Shown here one piece after another: positions 37,573 through 47,637 of a DNA stretch of 64,000 bases. The stretch is from Pseudomonadota bacterium (GTDB taxonomy: Bacteria > Myxococcota > JACRCW01 > JAFGSX01), in assembly GCA_043821645.1 (NCBI GenBank), contig JBDRCO010000023.1, forward strand, positions 128,001 to 192,000, in the 5' to 3' direction. The notes below the pieces were generated by a model. The model made no database searches. It was not told the origin of the DNA and worked only from the letters and a program-made list of their open reading frames with translations. The position numbers were made by a program, and so were the translations under genes. The stretch's first letter is position 1; each line of letters opens with the position of its first letter.

Positions 37573-37923
37573 ATGCTGACCTGCATCGGTGGCTATACGG
37601 GGTCGTGCGATACCCGCGCGCAGGCGACCTGCACCACCGACGTGTCCTGCCCGGCCGGCTTCTGCTGCCACGAGGGCACCTGTGCGCGCATTTTGGACGC
37701 CAGCGCCACTGCTGACGGCTCGTCCGATGTCATCGTCTCGGTGGAGGCCTCCGGGGACATCCAGGTGCTGCCCAGCGCCGGGCTCTCGAGCTTGGCTGGC
37801 GCAGCCAAAGGCCGTGGTGTGACGTCCCACGGGGTCACAGTGAGACTGCGCGCCCCCCCGATCGGGGGCCTGGAAAGCGACCCTCCGTCTCAGGTCGAGG
37901 TAGAGCGCCTGGTCGTGCCCTGA
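37573..37923 (+). CDS. Small Cys-rich hypothetical protein or gene remnant
   Basis: CTTDVSCPAGFCCHEGTC is a myxobacterial-type disulfide module. Start uncertain. Confidence 0.35.
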   Translation: MLTCIGGYTGSCDTRAQATCTTDVSCPAGFCCHEGTCARILDASATADGSSDVIVSVEASGDIQVLPSAGLSSLAGAAKGRGVTSHGVTVRLRAPPIGGLESDPPSQVEVERLVVP

Positions 37924-38063
37924 GCTGGCCCCGCCCCCCTCCCCTTTCCCCAACCGGGCGATGACGCCCCCGGAGCAAACCGCTAGACTGCGCCGCGCGA
38001 TCAGCCGGAAAGCGCGATCGCGATCACCGCACGCAGGGGCAGGTCCCCGACGAGGTCCAGGCC

Positions 38064-39458
38064 ATGGCAGCAACATTCAAGGTCATCAGTCCCGTCGACG
38101 GTTCAGTCTATGTCGAGCGTCCCCTGCCCAGTGACGACGAGGTGCAGGGCGCCCTCAACAAGGCTCGCGGTGCCCAGCGCGACTGGAAGGCCACCCCCCT
38201 GATCCAGCGCCAGATGCTCATGCACAAGTTCGTCGACGCCATGGTCTCCCACGCCGACGAGATCGCCACCGAACTGACCTGGCAGATGGGGCGCGCCATT
38301 CGCCACAGCCCGAACGAGATCAAGGGCGGTTTCAACGAGCGGGCCCGCTACATGATCGACGTGGCCGAGGAGGCCCTGACCGACGTGCGAGTCGGCCCCA
38401 AGGAGGGCTTTCGCCGCTTCCTGCGCCGCGACCCCCTGGGCACGGTGTTCGTGATCGCACCCTGGAACTACCCCTACCTGTGCTCGGTGAACGCCGTGGT
38501 GCCCGCCCTCGTCGCTGGCAACAGCGTGATCCTCAAGATGTCGGCCCAGACCCCGCTGGTCGCCGAGCGCTACGCCCAGGCGGCCAAGGAGGCCGGTCTT
38601 CCCGAGGGTCTGCTGCAGTACCTGCACGTCAATCACGATCAGGTGTCGCGCATGATAGGCGACGAGCGCGTCAACTTCGTGGCCTTCACCGGCTCGGTGG
38701 ATGGCGGTCGCTCGGTGCACCGCGCCGGCGCCGAGCGCTTCATCAACATGGGCCTCGAGCTCGGCGGCAAGGACCCGTCCTACGTGCGCCCCGACACCAA
38801 CATGGCCCACGCCGTGGATTGCCTTGTGGACGGCAGCTACTTCAATGCGGGTCAGTCCTGCTGCGGCATCAAGCGCATCTACGTGCACAAGGACGTCTAC
38901 GATACCTTCATCGAGGGCTTTGTGGCCCTGACCTACCAGTACAAGCTGGACAATCCCCTGGAGCAGAGCACCACCATCGGTCCCGTCGTGCGCGCCAAGG
39001 CTGCGGCCGACATCCGCGCCCAGATCCAGGCTGCCGTGGCCAAGGGCGCCAAGACCCTGATCGACGAGAAGAAGTTCGACAAGGCCAAGAACGGCACGCC
39101 CTACATGGCGCCGCAGGCCCTGGTGAACCTCGACAACAGCATGGACTTCGTGCGCGAGGAGACCTTTGGCCCCGCCGTGGGCATCCTCAAGGTGTCCTCA
39201 GACGACGAGGCCATCAAGCTCATGAACGACAATCGCTACGGCCTGACCGCGTCCATCTTCACCTCTGACCTCGACGCGGCCGAGCGCATTGGCGACCAGA
39301 TCGACACCGGCACCTGGTACATGAACCGCTGTGACTACCTCGACCCGGCCCTGGGTTGGGTAGGCGTCAAGGACTCGGGCATAGGCTGCACCCTGAGCAA
39401 GGTGGGCTACGAGTACCTCACCCGACCCAAGAGCTTTCACCTGCGCTGGAAAGTCTGA
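38064..39458 (+). CDS. Aldehyde dehydrogenase family protein
   Basis: PWNYP, FTGS, LELGGKDP, GQSCC, EETFGP and YGLTAS motifs. Confidence 0.96.
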   Translation: MAATFKVISPVDGSVYVERPLPSDDEVQGALNKARGAQRDWKATPLIQRQMLMHKFVDAMVSHADEIATELTWQMGRAIRHSPNEIKGGFNERARYMIDVAEEALTDVRVGPKEGFRRFLRRDPLGTVFVIAPWNYPYLCSVNAVVPALVAGNSVILKMSAQTPLVAERYAQAAKEAGLPEGLLQYLHVNHDQVSRMIGDERVNFVAFTGSVDGGRSVHRAGAERFINMGLELGGKDPSYVRPDTNMAHAVDCLVDGSYFNAGQSCCGIKRIYVHKDVYDTFIEGFVALTYQYKLDNPLEQSTTIGPVVRAKAAADIRAQIQAAVAKGAKTLIDEKKFDKAKNGTPYMAPQALVNLDNSMDFVREETFGPAVGILKVSSDDEAIKLMNDNRYGLTASIFTSDLDAAERIGDQIDTGTWYMNRCDYLDPALGWVGVKDSGIGCTLSKVGYEYLTRPKSFHLRWKV

Positions 39459-39475
39459 GCGAGAGGAGAGCCACC

Positions 39476-40642
39476 ATGAGTACCAACTTCACCGCCAACT
39501 GGAACTATCCCTGCGCCGTGCGCTTCGGCATCGGCCGCCTGAAGGATCTCCCGACGCTGTGCAGCGAGCTGGGCATGAAGAAACCCCTGCTCGTCACCGA
39601 CCCTGGCCTGGCCAGGCTGCCCATCGTCGACGAGGCCGTGACCATCAACAAAAAGGCAGGCCTGCCCACCGGCGTGTTCTCGGAGGTCAAGCCCAACCCC
39701 GTTGGCCAGAACGTTGACGACGGCGTGGCCGCGTTCAAGAAGGGCGGTCACGACGGCGTGATCTCCTTCGGCGGCGGCAGCGCCCTGGACGTGGGCAAGG
39801 CCGTGGCCCTGATGGTGGGCCAGAAGCGACCGCTGTGGGACTTCGAGGATATCGACGACTGGTGCAACCGCGTCGACGAGAAAGGCATCGCCCCTCACCT
39901 GGCCGTGCCCACCACCTCGGGCACGGGCTCCGAGGTCGGCCGCTCCTCCGTCATCACCGACGAGGCGGCGAAGCGCAAGAAGGTCATCTTTCACCCGCGC
40001 ATGCAGCCCTGGCGCGCTCTGTGTGATCCGGAGCTCACCGTCGGTCTACCACCCAAGCTCACCGCCACCACGGGCATGGACGCCCTGAGCCACAACCTCG
40101 AGGCCTTCTGCACGAGCTACTTCCACCCCATGGGCGACGGCGTGGCGGTCGAGGGCATGCGGCTCGTCGACGAGGCCCTGCTCACGGCCTACAAGAATGG
40201 CAAGGACCTGGATGCACGCGCCAAGATGATGGCAGCCTCGGCCATGGGTGCCACCGCCTTCCAGAAGGGCCTGGGCGCCATGCACAGCATCGGTCACTCG
40301 GTGGGAGCCATGTTCGACACCCACCACGGCGAGACCATGGCCACGCTCATGCCCTACGTGTTGCTGTTCAACCGCGAGATGATCCAGGACAAGCTCGAGC
40401 GCCTGGCGCGCTACCTCGACCTGCCGACTCCCGGCTTCGACGGTGTGCTGGAGTGGGTGCTGTACCTGCGCAGCGAGCTCAAGATCCCGCACACCCTCAA
40501 GGACCTGGGCGTGCAGGGCGACAAGCTGGATGCCCTCGCCGAAAAGTCGGTCAATGACCCCACGGCGGGGTCCAACCCCGTGCCCCTCACCGTCGCGAAC
40601 CTGCGCAGCTTGATCCAGAAAGCCTACGACGGGACCCTGTAG
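39476..40642 (+). CDS. Iron-containing alcohol dehydrogenase
   Basis: GGGSALD, PTTSGTGSE, DALSH, H...H and HHG motifs. Confidence 0.95.
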   Translation: MSTNFTANWNYPCAVRFGIGRLKDLPTLCSELGMKKPLLVTDPGLARLPIVDEAVTINKKAGLPTGVFSEVKPNPVGQNVDDGVAAFKKGGHDGVISFGGGSALDVGKAVALMVGQKRPLWDFEDIDDWCNRVDEKGIAPHLAVPTTSGTGSEVGRSSVITDEAAKRKKVIFHPRMQPWRALCDPELTVGLPPKLTATTGMDALSHNLEAFCTSYFHPMGDGVAVEGMRLVDEALLTAYKNGKDLDARAKMMAASAMGATAFQKGLGAMHSIGHSVGAMFDTHHGETMATLMPYVLLFNREMIQDKLERLARYLDLPTPGFDGVLEWVLYLRSELKIPHTLKDLGVQGDKLDALAEKSVNDPTAGSNPVPLTVANLRSLIQKAYDGTL

Positions 40643-40663
40643 TTCGAACGTCAGACTTTCAAT

Positions 40664-41110
40664 TCACAGGCTTTTCCACGACGTCACGAGAACGCGGATG
40701 TAGCGCACGCTCGACAGCACCAGCGCACCGCCCATGGCCACGTAGAAGGGCGCCAGCCAGGCGTGGGGGATGGGCGAGTGCCTGAGCGCGATGCCCATGC
40801 CCATCATCACCGCAACCATTCCATAGCTGCGCAGGGGCATGAAGGAGAACACACAGGGTCTGTCCGGTGCAGCGCGGATGCGTCCCAGGTTGCGGTCGAC
40901 GATGCGCAGGAAGCCGAGGTGGTGAATGAGCAGGGCCGCCACGGCTCCCGCGACACCGAGTTCCCAGGTGACGGTGCGTGTTTCGGGTCCCAGCCAGATC
41001 CAGGCCAGGCGCAGCAGCATCAGCCCGACCCCGAGCCACATGCCACCTGCCAGCGCCAGCAGCACACGCCGGCTCGCTGAGGGCTTGAATCGGTGCAACC
41101 ACCACCACAC
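40664..41110 (-). CDS. Small integral membrane hypothetical protein
   Basis: GTG after AAGGGG and 4 hydrophobic segments. Confidence 0.65.
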   Translation of the reverse strand: MWWWLHRFKPSASRRVLLALAGGMWLGVGLMLLRLAWIWLGPETRTVTWELGVAGAVAALLIHHLGFLRIVDRNLGRIRAAPDRPCVFSFMPLRSYGMVAVMMGMGIALRHSPIPHAWLAPFYVAMGGALVLSSVRYIRVLVTSWKSL

Positions 41111-41249
41111 GCTGCGCGTACCCCCTTGTTTGGACCGCAGCCTGTCAGCTTGAACTTGGTGGCGTGTCAAGACAAGGTCAGGCGTGCTGCCCTCGAGGCC
41201 AAACCGCGCCATCTCGCCTAGGGAGAACAAGGAGACAGGTGGTACACGC

Positions 41250-42137
41250 GTGATCGAACTGCTGCTGGTGTCCCTGCTGTGGGCCTTTTCCTTTGGCCTG
41301 GTCAAGGGCGAGCTCGTCGCCCTGGACCCGTCGTGGGTGGCTTTCTGCCGGCTCGTCATCGCGGCCGCGATCTTTGCGCCCCTGGTGCGCTGGCGTGAGT
41401 TGCCGCGACGCCTCGTCGTCGAACTGGCGCTCCTGGGTGGTGTGCAGTTTGGCCTGATGTACGCGACCTACATCGCTGCCTTTCAAGTCCTCAAATCCTT
41501 CGAGGTGGCACTGCTGACCATCTTCACGCCACTATTTGTGGTCGCGGTCGAGGCCATGCTCGCGCGCTCACTGCGCTGGCTGTTCCTGGTGGCCGCCGGC
41601 CTTGCCACCCTGGGCACGGGACTGGCGATGCGCGAAAGCCTGGTGCAGGCCAGCCCGGCATGGACCGGCATCCTGCTCATGCAGCTGTCCAACCTGTGCT
41701 TTGCCCTGGGTCAGGTGTGGTACCGCCGGCTGCTGGCCCGAGAACACGGCATTGTCGATCGCCAGGTGTTCGGCGTGCTCTACGTGGGCGCGGCCCTCAC
41801 CGCAGCCTTGCTGACCCTGGTCCTCGGTGACGTCGAGAAAGTGGCCATGACAGGCCGCCAGTTCGGGGTCTTGGTGTACCTGGGCGCGGTGGCGTCAGGA
41901 CTGGGATTCTTTTTGTGGAATCGAGGTGCGCGTCGCGTCGACGTGGGCACCCTGGCCGTGTTCAACGACCTCAAGATTCCCCTGGCCACCCTGGTCTCCC
42001 TGCTCGTGTTCGGCGAACAGGCCAACCTGCAGGATCTGGCCCTGGGCGGCGGACTGGTGATCCTGGCCCTGCTCGCCATACGAGCCCTGCAGCGACGACG
42101 CAGTGCACCTCCAGACGCTCCGCCACCCACGGAGTGA
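41250..42137 (+). CDS. EamA/DMT family transporter
   Basis: SLLWAFSF and about 10 TM helices in a duplicated arrangement. Confidence 0.9.
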   Translation: MIELLLVSLLWAFSFGLVKGELVALDPSWVAFCRLVIAAAIFAPLVRWRELPRRLVVELALLGGVQFGLMYATYIAAFQVLKSFEVALLTIFTPLFVVAVEAMLARSLRWLFLVAAGLATLGTGLAMRESLVQASPAWTGILLMQLSNLCFALGQVWYRRLLAREHGIVDRQVFGVLYVGAALTAALLTLVLGDVEKVAMTGRQFGVLVYLGAVASGLGFFLWNRGARRVDVGTLAVFNDLKIPLATLVSLLVFGEQANLQDLALGGGLVILALLAIRALQRRRSAPPDAPPPTE

Positions 42138-42165
42138 CGACGAGGTTCGGTGCTGTCTCAGCGCT

Positions 42166-43500
42166 TCACACGCTGGCCTTGCCCGCCCGCGCCCGCAAAT
42201 AGAGCACCACCGTTAAAAGCGTACCCACCGTCGCCACCACCACCAGCATCAGGAAGATGGGGACCAGGTCCTGGCCGCCGGTCTTGTACAGCCAGCCTAT
42301 GATCTGCTCCTGAAAGACCGGGCCTATGGATCCCATGCCGTTGATGATGCCTGCCGCGACCAGGGCGCCGCGCACGCTGCCGATATCGATGGCGCCAACA
42401 CCTGAGAGCAGCGAGTCCGGCCCGTACAGCATGAAGCCGGCCAGGCCCATGGACACGCTGAACACGATCACGCTGTGCGCGCCAAGCCCGTACATGAGTC
42501 CAAAGGAGGCGGTCATGAGTGCCAGCATGATCACGGCCAGGGCTGCGCGACGCCCCTTGAACAGGCGGTCCGAGATCACGCCGGCCAGCAGCACGCCCAC
42601 GAAGCCGCACAGGTCGAACACCGTCGACAGGTAGCCCGCCTGATCACCTGCCAGGCCGAAGTTCTTGCTCAGGAAGTAGGGCGCCCAGGACCACAGGGCG
42701 TAGCGCAGGAACTTGATGCAGAAGTAGATGCTGCCCATGAGCAGCACCGCGATCACGGTATCGCGGCTCCACCCCAGCTCGGAGGACGAGTGCAGCCCAC
42801 GCGGTACCTTGCCGGGATCCGTCACCTCGTCGTCGAACAGGGCATCGACTGAACGCGAGTCGTCCTCATCGGAGACCGAACGCAGGCCCACGTCTTCGGG
42901 GGTGTTGGGGTGCAGCCACAGCACGATGGCCCACACCACCAGCAACACCGCCGAGGCGCCGAAGAAGGACCGCCACCCCGCCGCACCCAGCAGGAAAGCT
43001 GCGAACGACGTCGCCAGCACCGAGCCCACCTGGTAGCAGGTGGCCCACACACCCATGATGCTGCCGCGCTGCTCTCGCTGGAACCAGAAGCCCAGAGAAC
43101 CGATGCAGCCGGGCCAGCCAGTGCCCTGGGCCATGCCGTTGAGGGTCATGAACAGAGCGATGGTGGCCATGCCGTTGCTGACACCAAAGGCCACGTTGCA
43201 GGCAATAGAGATGGCCATCCCGAACAGCAGCAGCCGCTTGGGACCGAGCCGGCGCCCGAAGTAGGCGGACGAGAACTGGCCGATGGCGTAGCCCACCAGG
43301 TAGGCGGTGCCGATCTGCGCCAGGTCGACGCTGGTCAGATCCAGGGCCTGGCCCAGGTCCTTCTTGACGACGTAGAAGGCCTTGCGACAGAAATAGTAAC
43401 CGGCATAGGCCAGCCAGGTGGCGACCAGGATCTTGATCTGCCAGCGACGGTAAAGGCGCGGATCGGGGTCTGGCGTGGTGCTGGTTCCCCCGTCGTTCAA
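42166..43500 (-). CDS. MFS transporter, GlpT/UhpT (OPA)-like
   Basis: YAGYYFCRK, QGTGWPGC..WF..RG, SDR and GPDSLL motifs. Confidence 0.9.
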   Translation of the reverse strand: MNDGGTSTTPDPDPRLYRRWQIKILVATWLAYAGYYFCRKAFYVVKKDLGQALDLTSVDLAQIGTAYLVGYAIGQFSSAYFGRRLGPKRLLLFGMAISIACNVAFGVSNGMATIALFMTLNGMAQGTGWPGCIGSLGFWFQREQRGSIMGVWATCYQVGSVLATSFAAFLLGAAGWRSFFGASAVLLVVWAIVLWLHPNTPEDVGLRSVSDEDDSRSVDALFDDEVTDPGKVPRGLHSSSELGWSRDTVIAVLLMGSIYFCIKFLRYALWSWAPYFLSKNFGLAGDQAGYLSTVFDLCGFVGVLLAGVISDRLFKGRRAALAVIMLALMTASFGLMYGLGAHSVIVFSVSMGLAGFMLYGPDSLLSGVGAIDIGSVRGALVAAGIINGMGSIGPVFQEQIIGWLYKTGGQDLVPIFLMLVVVATVGTLLTVVLYLRARAGKASV

Positions 43501-43504
43501 GGTG

Positions 43505-44365
43505 CTACTGGCTCCCCAGCCGGGGTCTCACCACCACATCAATGAAATTCTTGAACTCGAGCTGGCGGCGGTCGATGTCCAGCACGTCGTCGTCGATGTC
43601 GAGCTGCCAGCGCAGGTCCTTTCGCGTGGGGTCCGCAGCCAGGGCGCGCAGCTTGTCGACATAGGCCATCAGGTCGTCGTGACCGCTGAAGAACTTCTCG
43701 CGTACCAGCTTGGGCTCGCGCACCACGATCAGAGCCGCGAGATCGGCCAGGTCGTACTCGGGATGGTACTGCACGGCCCAGAAGGTGCCCTTCTGATGGG
43801 TGACGGCGATGGCCTGTATGCGGGTCCAATCGTTGCTGGCGAGCCACACCGCACCGGGCGGCAGGGCGGTCACCTGGTCGTCGTGGCTGATGAAGCCGCA
43901 GAACACAGGCGGCTTGCCCCGCATCATGGGGTGGTCGCGCCCCTCGTCGGTGATGAAGACCTTGCGCGCCAGTCCCATCTCGCGACCCTTGGGGTTGGGC
44001 TTGACCTCGCCCCCGGCGCAGAAGGCGGCCATCTGCAGGCCCCAGCACGAGCCGAACTGCGGCACCCCCACCTCGTAGGCGCGCTTGCTCAGGGCGATCT
44101 GTCGCGTCACCCGCTCGTCGTGGTCGTGGTAGATGGTGAGGTTGCAGCCCGTCCATAGCACGCCCGCGTAGGTCTCGACGCCCTGGGCGTCAGGAAGCTC
44201 GGCGGTGTCGCTGGGAAGCCACACAGCAACCTCGGCCTCGGGGACATGCCGTCTGAGCATGTTGGCGTACAGGTCGAAGCTCAGGGTCATGCCTGCGGTG
44301 TCGAACTCGTCCCGGCTGGGCTTGGGATATCCGTCGACAACGAGAAAGCGAGGGGCTGGGCTCAT
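43505..44365 (-). CDS. Type 1 glutamine amidotransferase
   Basis: GSCWGLQ nucleophile elbow and QYHPE. Confidence 0.9.
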   Translation of the reverse strand: MSPAPRFLVVDGYPKPSRDEFDTAGMTLSFDLYANMLRRHVPEAEVAVWLPSDTAELPDAQGVETYAGVLWTGCNLTIYHDHDERVTRQIALSKRAYEVGVPQFGSCWGLQMAAFCAGGEVKPNPKGREMGLARKVFITDEGRDHPMMRGKPPVFCGFISHDDQVTALPPGAVWLASNDWTRIQAIAVTHQKGTFWAVQYHPEYDLADLAALIVVREPKLVREKFFSGHDDLMAYVDKLRALAADPTRKDLRWQLDIDDDVLDIDRRQLEFKNFIDVVVRPRLGSQ

Positions 44366-44368
44366 GCT

Positions 44369-45127
44369 CTACCTCTTGTCCAGGCGCGCGATGGTCGCCG
44401 GGAGTTCACGGGCGTCACCACAGATGGCGTCGGCCTGGCTGCCGTCGCTGCCGCGGTCGATCGCGTAGGTCACCAGCACGGCGCGCGCGCCCACGCGGTG
44501 GGCACCGTCGATGTCGTTGTGCTCACGATCGCCCAGGTGCACCAGGGCGTCGAGAGAGCAGCCGGCGAGCTTCGCCGCCTCGTGAAAGACGCGGGGCTCG
44601 GGCTTGCTGCAACCCAGCTCGTCCGAGAACACGAAGCCCTTGAAGTGCTGCAGCAGCTGGTAGTGCTCGAGCAGCTGCCTGAGCGCACGCCCCGGCGAGA
44701 AGATGGCGTCGGAGATCACCACCAGAGTGTAGCGGGACGCCAGCTCGGCCATGGCCTCGGCGATGCCCGTGGCCAGGTCGGGCTGGACTTCCAGCTCCAT
44801 GTCCTCGTGGCACCGCACCAGCTCGGCAAAGCGATCCGCGGAGAGCTCGCGGTGCAGACCAGCCAGCACGATCTGCAATCGCTGGGTCACGGTCCAGGTG
44901 AAGAACTGGTCGTGCCACACCGTGCGAAAGGCCGCGTCCGCCGCATCGTAGGCGCAGTCCACCAGGGCGCGATCGATGGAACCGCTCTCCTCGACAAACT
45001 GCTGCACCAGGTTGCGGCGCGCCACCTTCTTGCTGGGGAGTCCGGCGGCCTTGCGCTTGGGCTCGTCCGAATCGTCGACGAAGACGGTGTCCCACAGGTC
45101 GAACGAGATGGCCTGAACCGCTGCCAT
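44369..45127 (-). CDS. HAD-family hydrolase
   Basis: FDLWDT, ISD, KP and GD...NDIDGA motifs. Confidence 0.9.
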   Translation of the reverse strand: MAAVQAISFDLWDTVFVDDSDEPKRKAAGLPSKKVARRNLVQQFVEESGSIDRALVDCAYDAADAAFRTVWHDQFFTWTVTQRLQIVLAGLHRELSADRFAELVRCHEDMELEVQPDLATGIAEAMAELASRYTLVVISDAIFSPGRALRQLLEHYQLLQHFKGFVFSDELGCSKPEPRVFHEAAKLAGCSLDALVHLGDREHNDIDGAHRVGARAVLVTYAIDRGSDGSQADAICGDARELPATIARLDKR

Positions 45128-45302
45128 GGGCGCCTCCACGATGGGCGAGACCATAGCGCCGCACCGGGCGGCTTTCGACAGAGAAGTGGTGGGTGACCTT
45201 GACCTGGCCTGCGCTCTCTCGCAGGGTAGGTGTGCACGGCGCAGCCCAGGCACTCGCCCCAAAGCGATCTTGGCCAGCGACGCCACACGGAAAGGACCTC
45301 CG

Positions 45303-45875
45303 ATGGGACAGCCAGATCAGGTGACCTCGCGCTGGGTGTGGATAGACCTCGAGATGACAGGTCTCGACGTGGAACAGGATGTCATCCTGCAGATTGCCAC
45401 GGTGATCACAGACTCCGAGCTCAACGAACTGGCAAGCCTGGAGCAGGTGGTGTGGCAACCCGACGAGGTGCTGGCACGCATGACGCCCTTCGTGCGCGAC
45501 ATGCACGGCAAGAATGGGTTGCGCGATCGCGTGCGCGCCTCTGCCACCTCGCTGCGCGTGGCCGAGCGCCATACCATGGAGCTGCTCTGCGCCCACGTCC
45601 CCTATGGTCAAGGAATCCTGGCAGGCGCCAGCATCAGCACCGACCGCTCCTTTTTACGTCGCTACATGACCAGCATTGACGGCTACCTGCACTATCGCCA
45701 CCTCGACGTCACCAGCCTCAAGATCGCGTGCTCGGCGTGGCTGGGTGAGGCAGGGATGCCCCCGGAGGTGGAGTCGCCACACACCGCCCTCGAGGACATC
45801 CGCCAGTCCATCGCCGATCTGCGCTTCTATCGCGACCTGGTGCTCGACCGGCACACCGCCCCGTCGAAGGGCTGA
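45303..45875 (+). CDS. orn: Oligoribonuclease
   Basis: WIDLEMTGLD, MH..NGL, HYR.LDV and H.ALEDI motifs. Confidence 0.93.
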   Translation: MGQPDQVTSRWVWIDLEMTGLDVEQDVILQIATVITDSELNELASLEQVVWQPDEVLARMTPFVRDMHGKNGLRDRVRASATSLRVAERHTMELLCAHVPYGQGILAGASISTDRSFLRRYMTSIDGYLHYRHLDVTSLKIACSAWLGEAGMPPEVESPHTALEDIRQSIADLRFYRDLVLDRHTAPSKG

Positions 45876-45878
45876 ACC

Positions 45879-46856
45879 GTGGCGTCCGCTCCGGGGAGGC
45901 CCCGTGTGGCTGTCACCCGCGGTGCCGAAATCGCAGCCTACGCTTTCCCCGACGGCCACCCCTTTGGCCCGGACCGCCACGATGTTTTCTGGCGGGCGCT
46001 CGATCACAGTGCGCTGGCAGGGCGCGTGGAGGCTCGTGCGCCGGTGCTGGCACGTGACGACGAGCTCGCGACCTTTCACGAGGCGAAGTACGTGGAGCGG
46101 GTGCGCTCGCTGTCCGCACTCGGGCATGGCCTGCTCGACCACGGTGATACCCCGGCATTCGCGGGCTGCTACGAGGCGGCGGCCCACGTCGTGGGTTCCG
46201 CCCTGGACCTGGCGCGGGCCATTCTCCGCGGCGAACTCGACCGCGGCTTCGTCCCCATCGCAGGTCTGCACCATGCGCGGCGCGAGCGCGCAGGAGGCTT
46301 CTGCATCTTCAATGACGCGGGCGTGGTGATCGAGGTGCTGCGCGCCGAACTCGGGCTCGAGCGCTTCGCCTATGTGGACATCGACGCCCACCATGGCGAC
46401 GGTGTGTTCTACGGTTTCGTCGACGACCCGCAGGTGACCATCGCGGACCTCCACGAGGATGGGCGCTTTCTCTACCCGGGCACGGGCTTCGCCCACGAGA
46501 CGGGAGAGGGAGCGGCGAGGGGTACCAAGCACAACTTCTGTCTGCAACCTGACGACGGAGACGAGGCCTTTGAGCGCCACTGGTCCAGGGTCGAGGCGAT
46601 CGTGGACGCGGCGAGGCCACAGCTCATCGTTTTGCAGGCCGGTGCCGATTGCCTGGATGGCGATCCCATCACCCATCTTCGGTGCAGCGAGCGATCCCAC
46701 TCCCTGGCCACCAGGACCCTGGTCGGTCTGGCCAAGCGGCACTGCGACGGACATGTGCTGGCCCTTGGGGGGGGTGGCTACCACAGGCCCAACCTGGTCA
46801 GGGCGTGGCTGGCCATGGTTGCGGGTTTGCTCGACGATGCCCCGGGCAGCCCCTGA
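45879..46856 (+). CDS. AcuC/histone deacetylase family protein
   Basis: GLHHA, GFCIFND, DIDAHHGDG and GGGGY motifs. Confidence 0.93.
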   Translation: MASAPGRPRVAVTRGAEIAAYAFPDGHPFGPDRHDVFWRALDHSALAGRVEARAPVLARDDELATFHEAKYVERVRSLSALGHGLLDHGDTPAFAGCYEAAAHVVGSALDLARAILRGELDRGFVPIAGLHHARRERAGGFCIFNDAGVVIEVLRAELGLERFAYVDIDAHHGDGVFYGFVDDPQVTIADLHEDGRFLYPGTGFAHETGEGAARGTKHNFCLQPDDGDEAFERHWSRVEAIVDAARPQLIVLQAGADCLDGDPITHLRCSERSHSLATRTLVGLAKRHCDGHVLALGGGGYHRPNLVRAWLAMVAGLLDDAPGSP

Positions 46857-46998
46857 TTTCGTAATAATTCATCATAAATCCAGTTATTTCATATTGATGG
46901 ATGACGTGTACTCGAAGGTGCCGAAATGTAGCAACGTATCCTACCCGGCACCGATAACACCCTCACGAACACATCAGACCCAGCCAGGGAGTTCGACC

Positions 46999-47361
46999 AT
47001 GTGCCTGAGCCTGCTCGAGACCAAGCGCCAGCGCGATGCCAGGCTGCTGCTGTGGGTGCAGGACGCGCAGCGCCTGGGCGATCAGGTCCTGGAGTGCCGC
47101 GACGCCCGCGGGCAGATCAGCCACAGCGTGGTCCTCGCCGCGGCCGCAGCCACTGGCTACCAGCACGTGACCACGGCGGTGCAACAGACCAGGCCGTGGC
47201 AGGATGCGCGCGAGATCCAGGCTGCCCTGGCTCGCGAGCATGATGCCCTGGAACACGAGGCCACACCCCTGGCGCGGCTGCTGCCCGTGTCGGGCGCGGC
47301 CCTTCCCTCGGGGATCTGCTCGGCGCGGCTGGCTCCCCGACCCCGGCGCGGCCTCGCCTAA
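46999..47361 (+). CDS. Hypothetical protein (120 aa)
   Basis: AGGGAG RBS, GC3-rich codons, downstream of an AT-rich promoter-like stretch. Confidence 0.5.
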   Translation: MCLSLLETKRQRDARLLLWVQDAQRLGDQVLECRDARGQISHSVVLAAAAATGYQHVTTAVQQTRPWQDAREIQAALAREHDALEHEATPLARLLPVSGAALPSGICSARLAPRPRRGLA

Positions 47362-47392
47362 TACCGAATCGCTTTGATTGAGCTCGATATGG

Positions 47393-47461
47393 GGGGCCCA
47401 GGTGAGACTTTTTTTTAGAGCTTGCGAGGACAAAAAGACTCGCCGGTGAAGGCGGGGCCCC
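47393..47461. terminator. Long stem-loop between convergent genes (terminator or structured RNA)
   Basis: ggtgagacttttt (47401-47413) pairs with aaaaagactcgcc (47432-47444). Outer ggggccc/gggcccc stem. Confidence 0.45.
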
Positions 47462-47637
47462 ACAACAGGGTCGAATCCAAGCGATTTCTTATTACACGCC
47501 ACCAGCCACGGATTTCACCTGCTGATGCAGCGGCACGACCCTGCGCGACGAGCGGCCAACGACCACCGGGCGATCCCGCGAGATCTTCGACCCCACACAT
47601 CTTTCTTTGGTGCTGTCGCGAGGCGGCCTGGCCAGGT

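Noticed and set aside
47461-47600. tRNA or tmRNA suggested by ggtcgaatcc / ttcgacccc
   Set aside because: There is no cloverleaf, acceptor stem with CCA or tag ORF. Kept only as a generic structured region.
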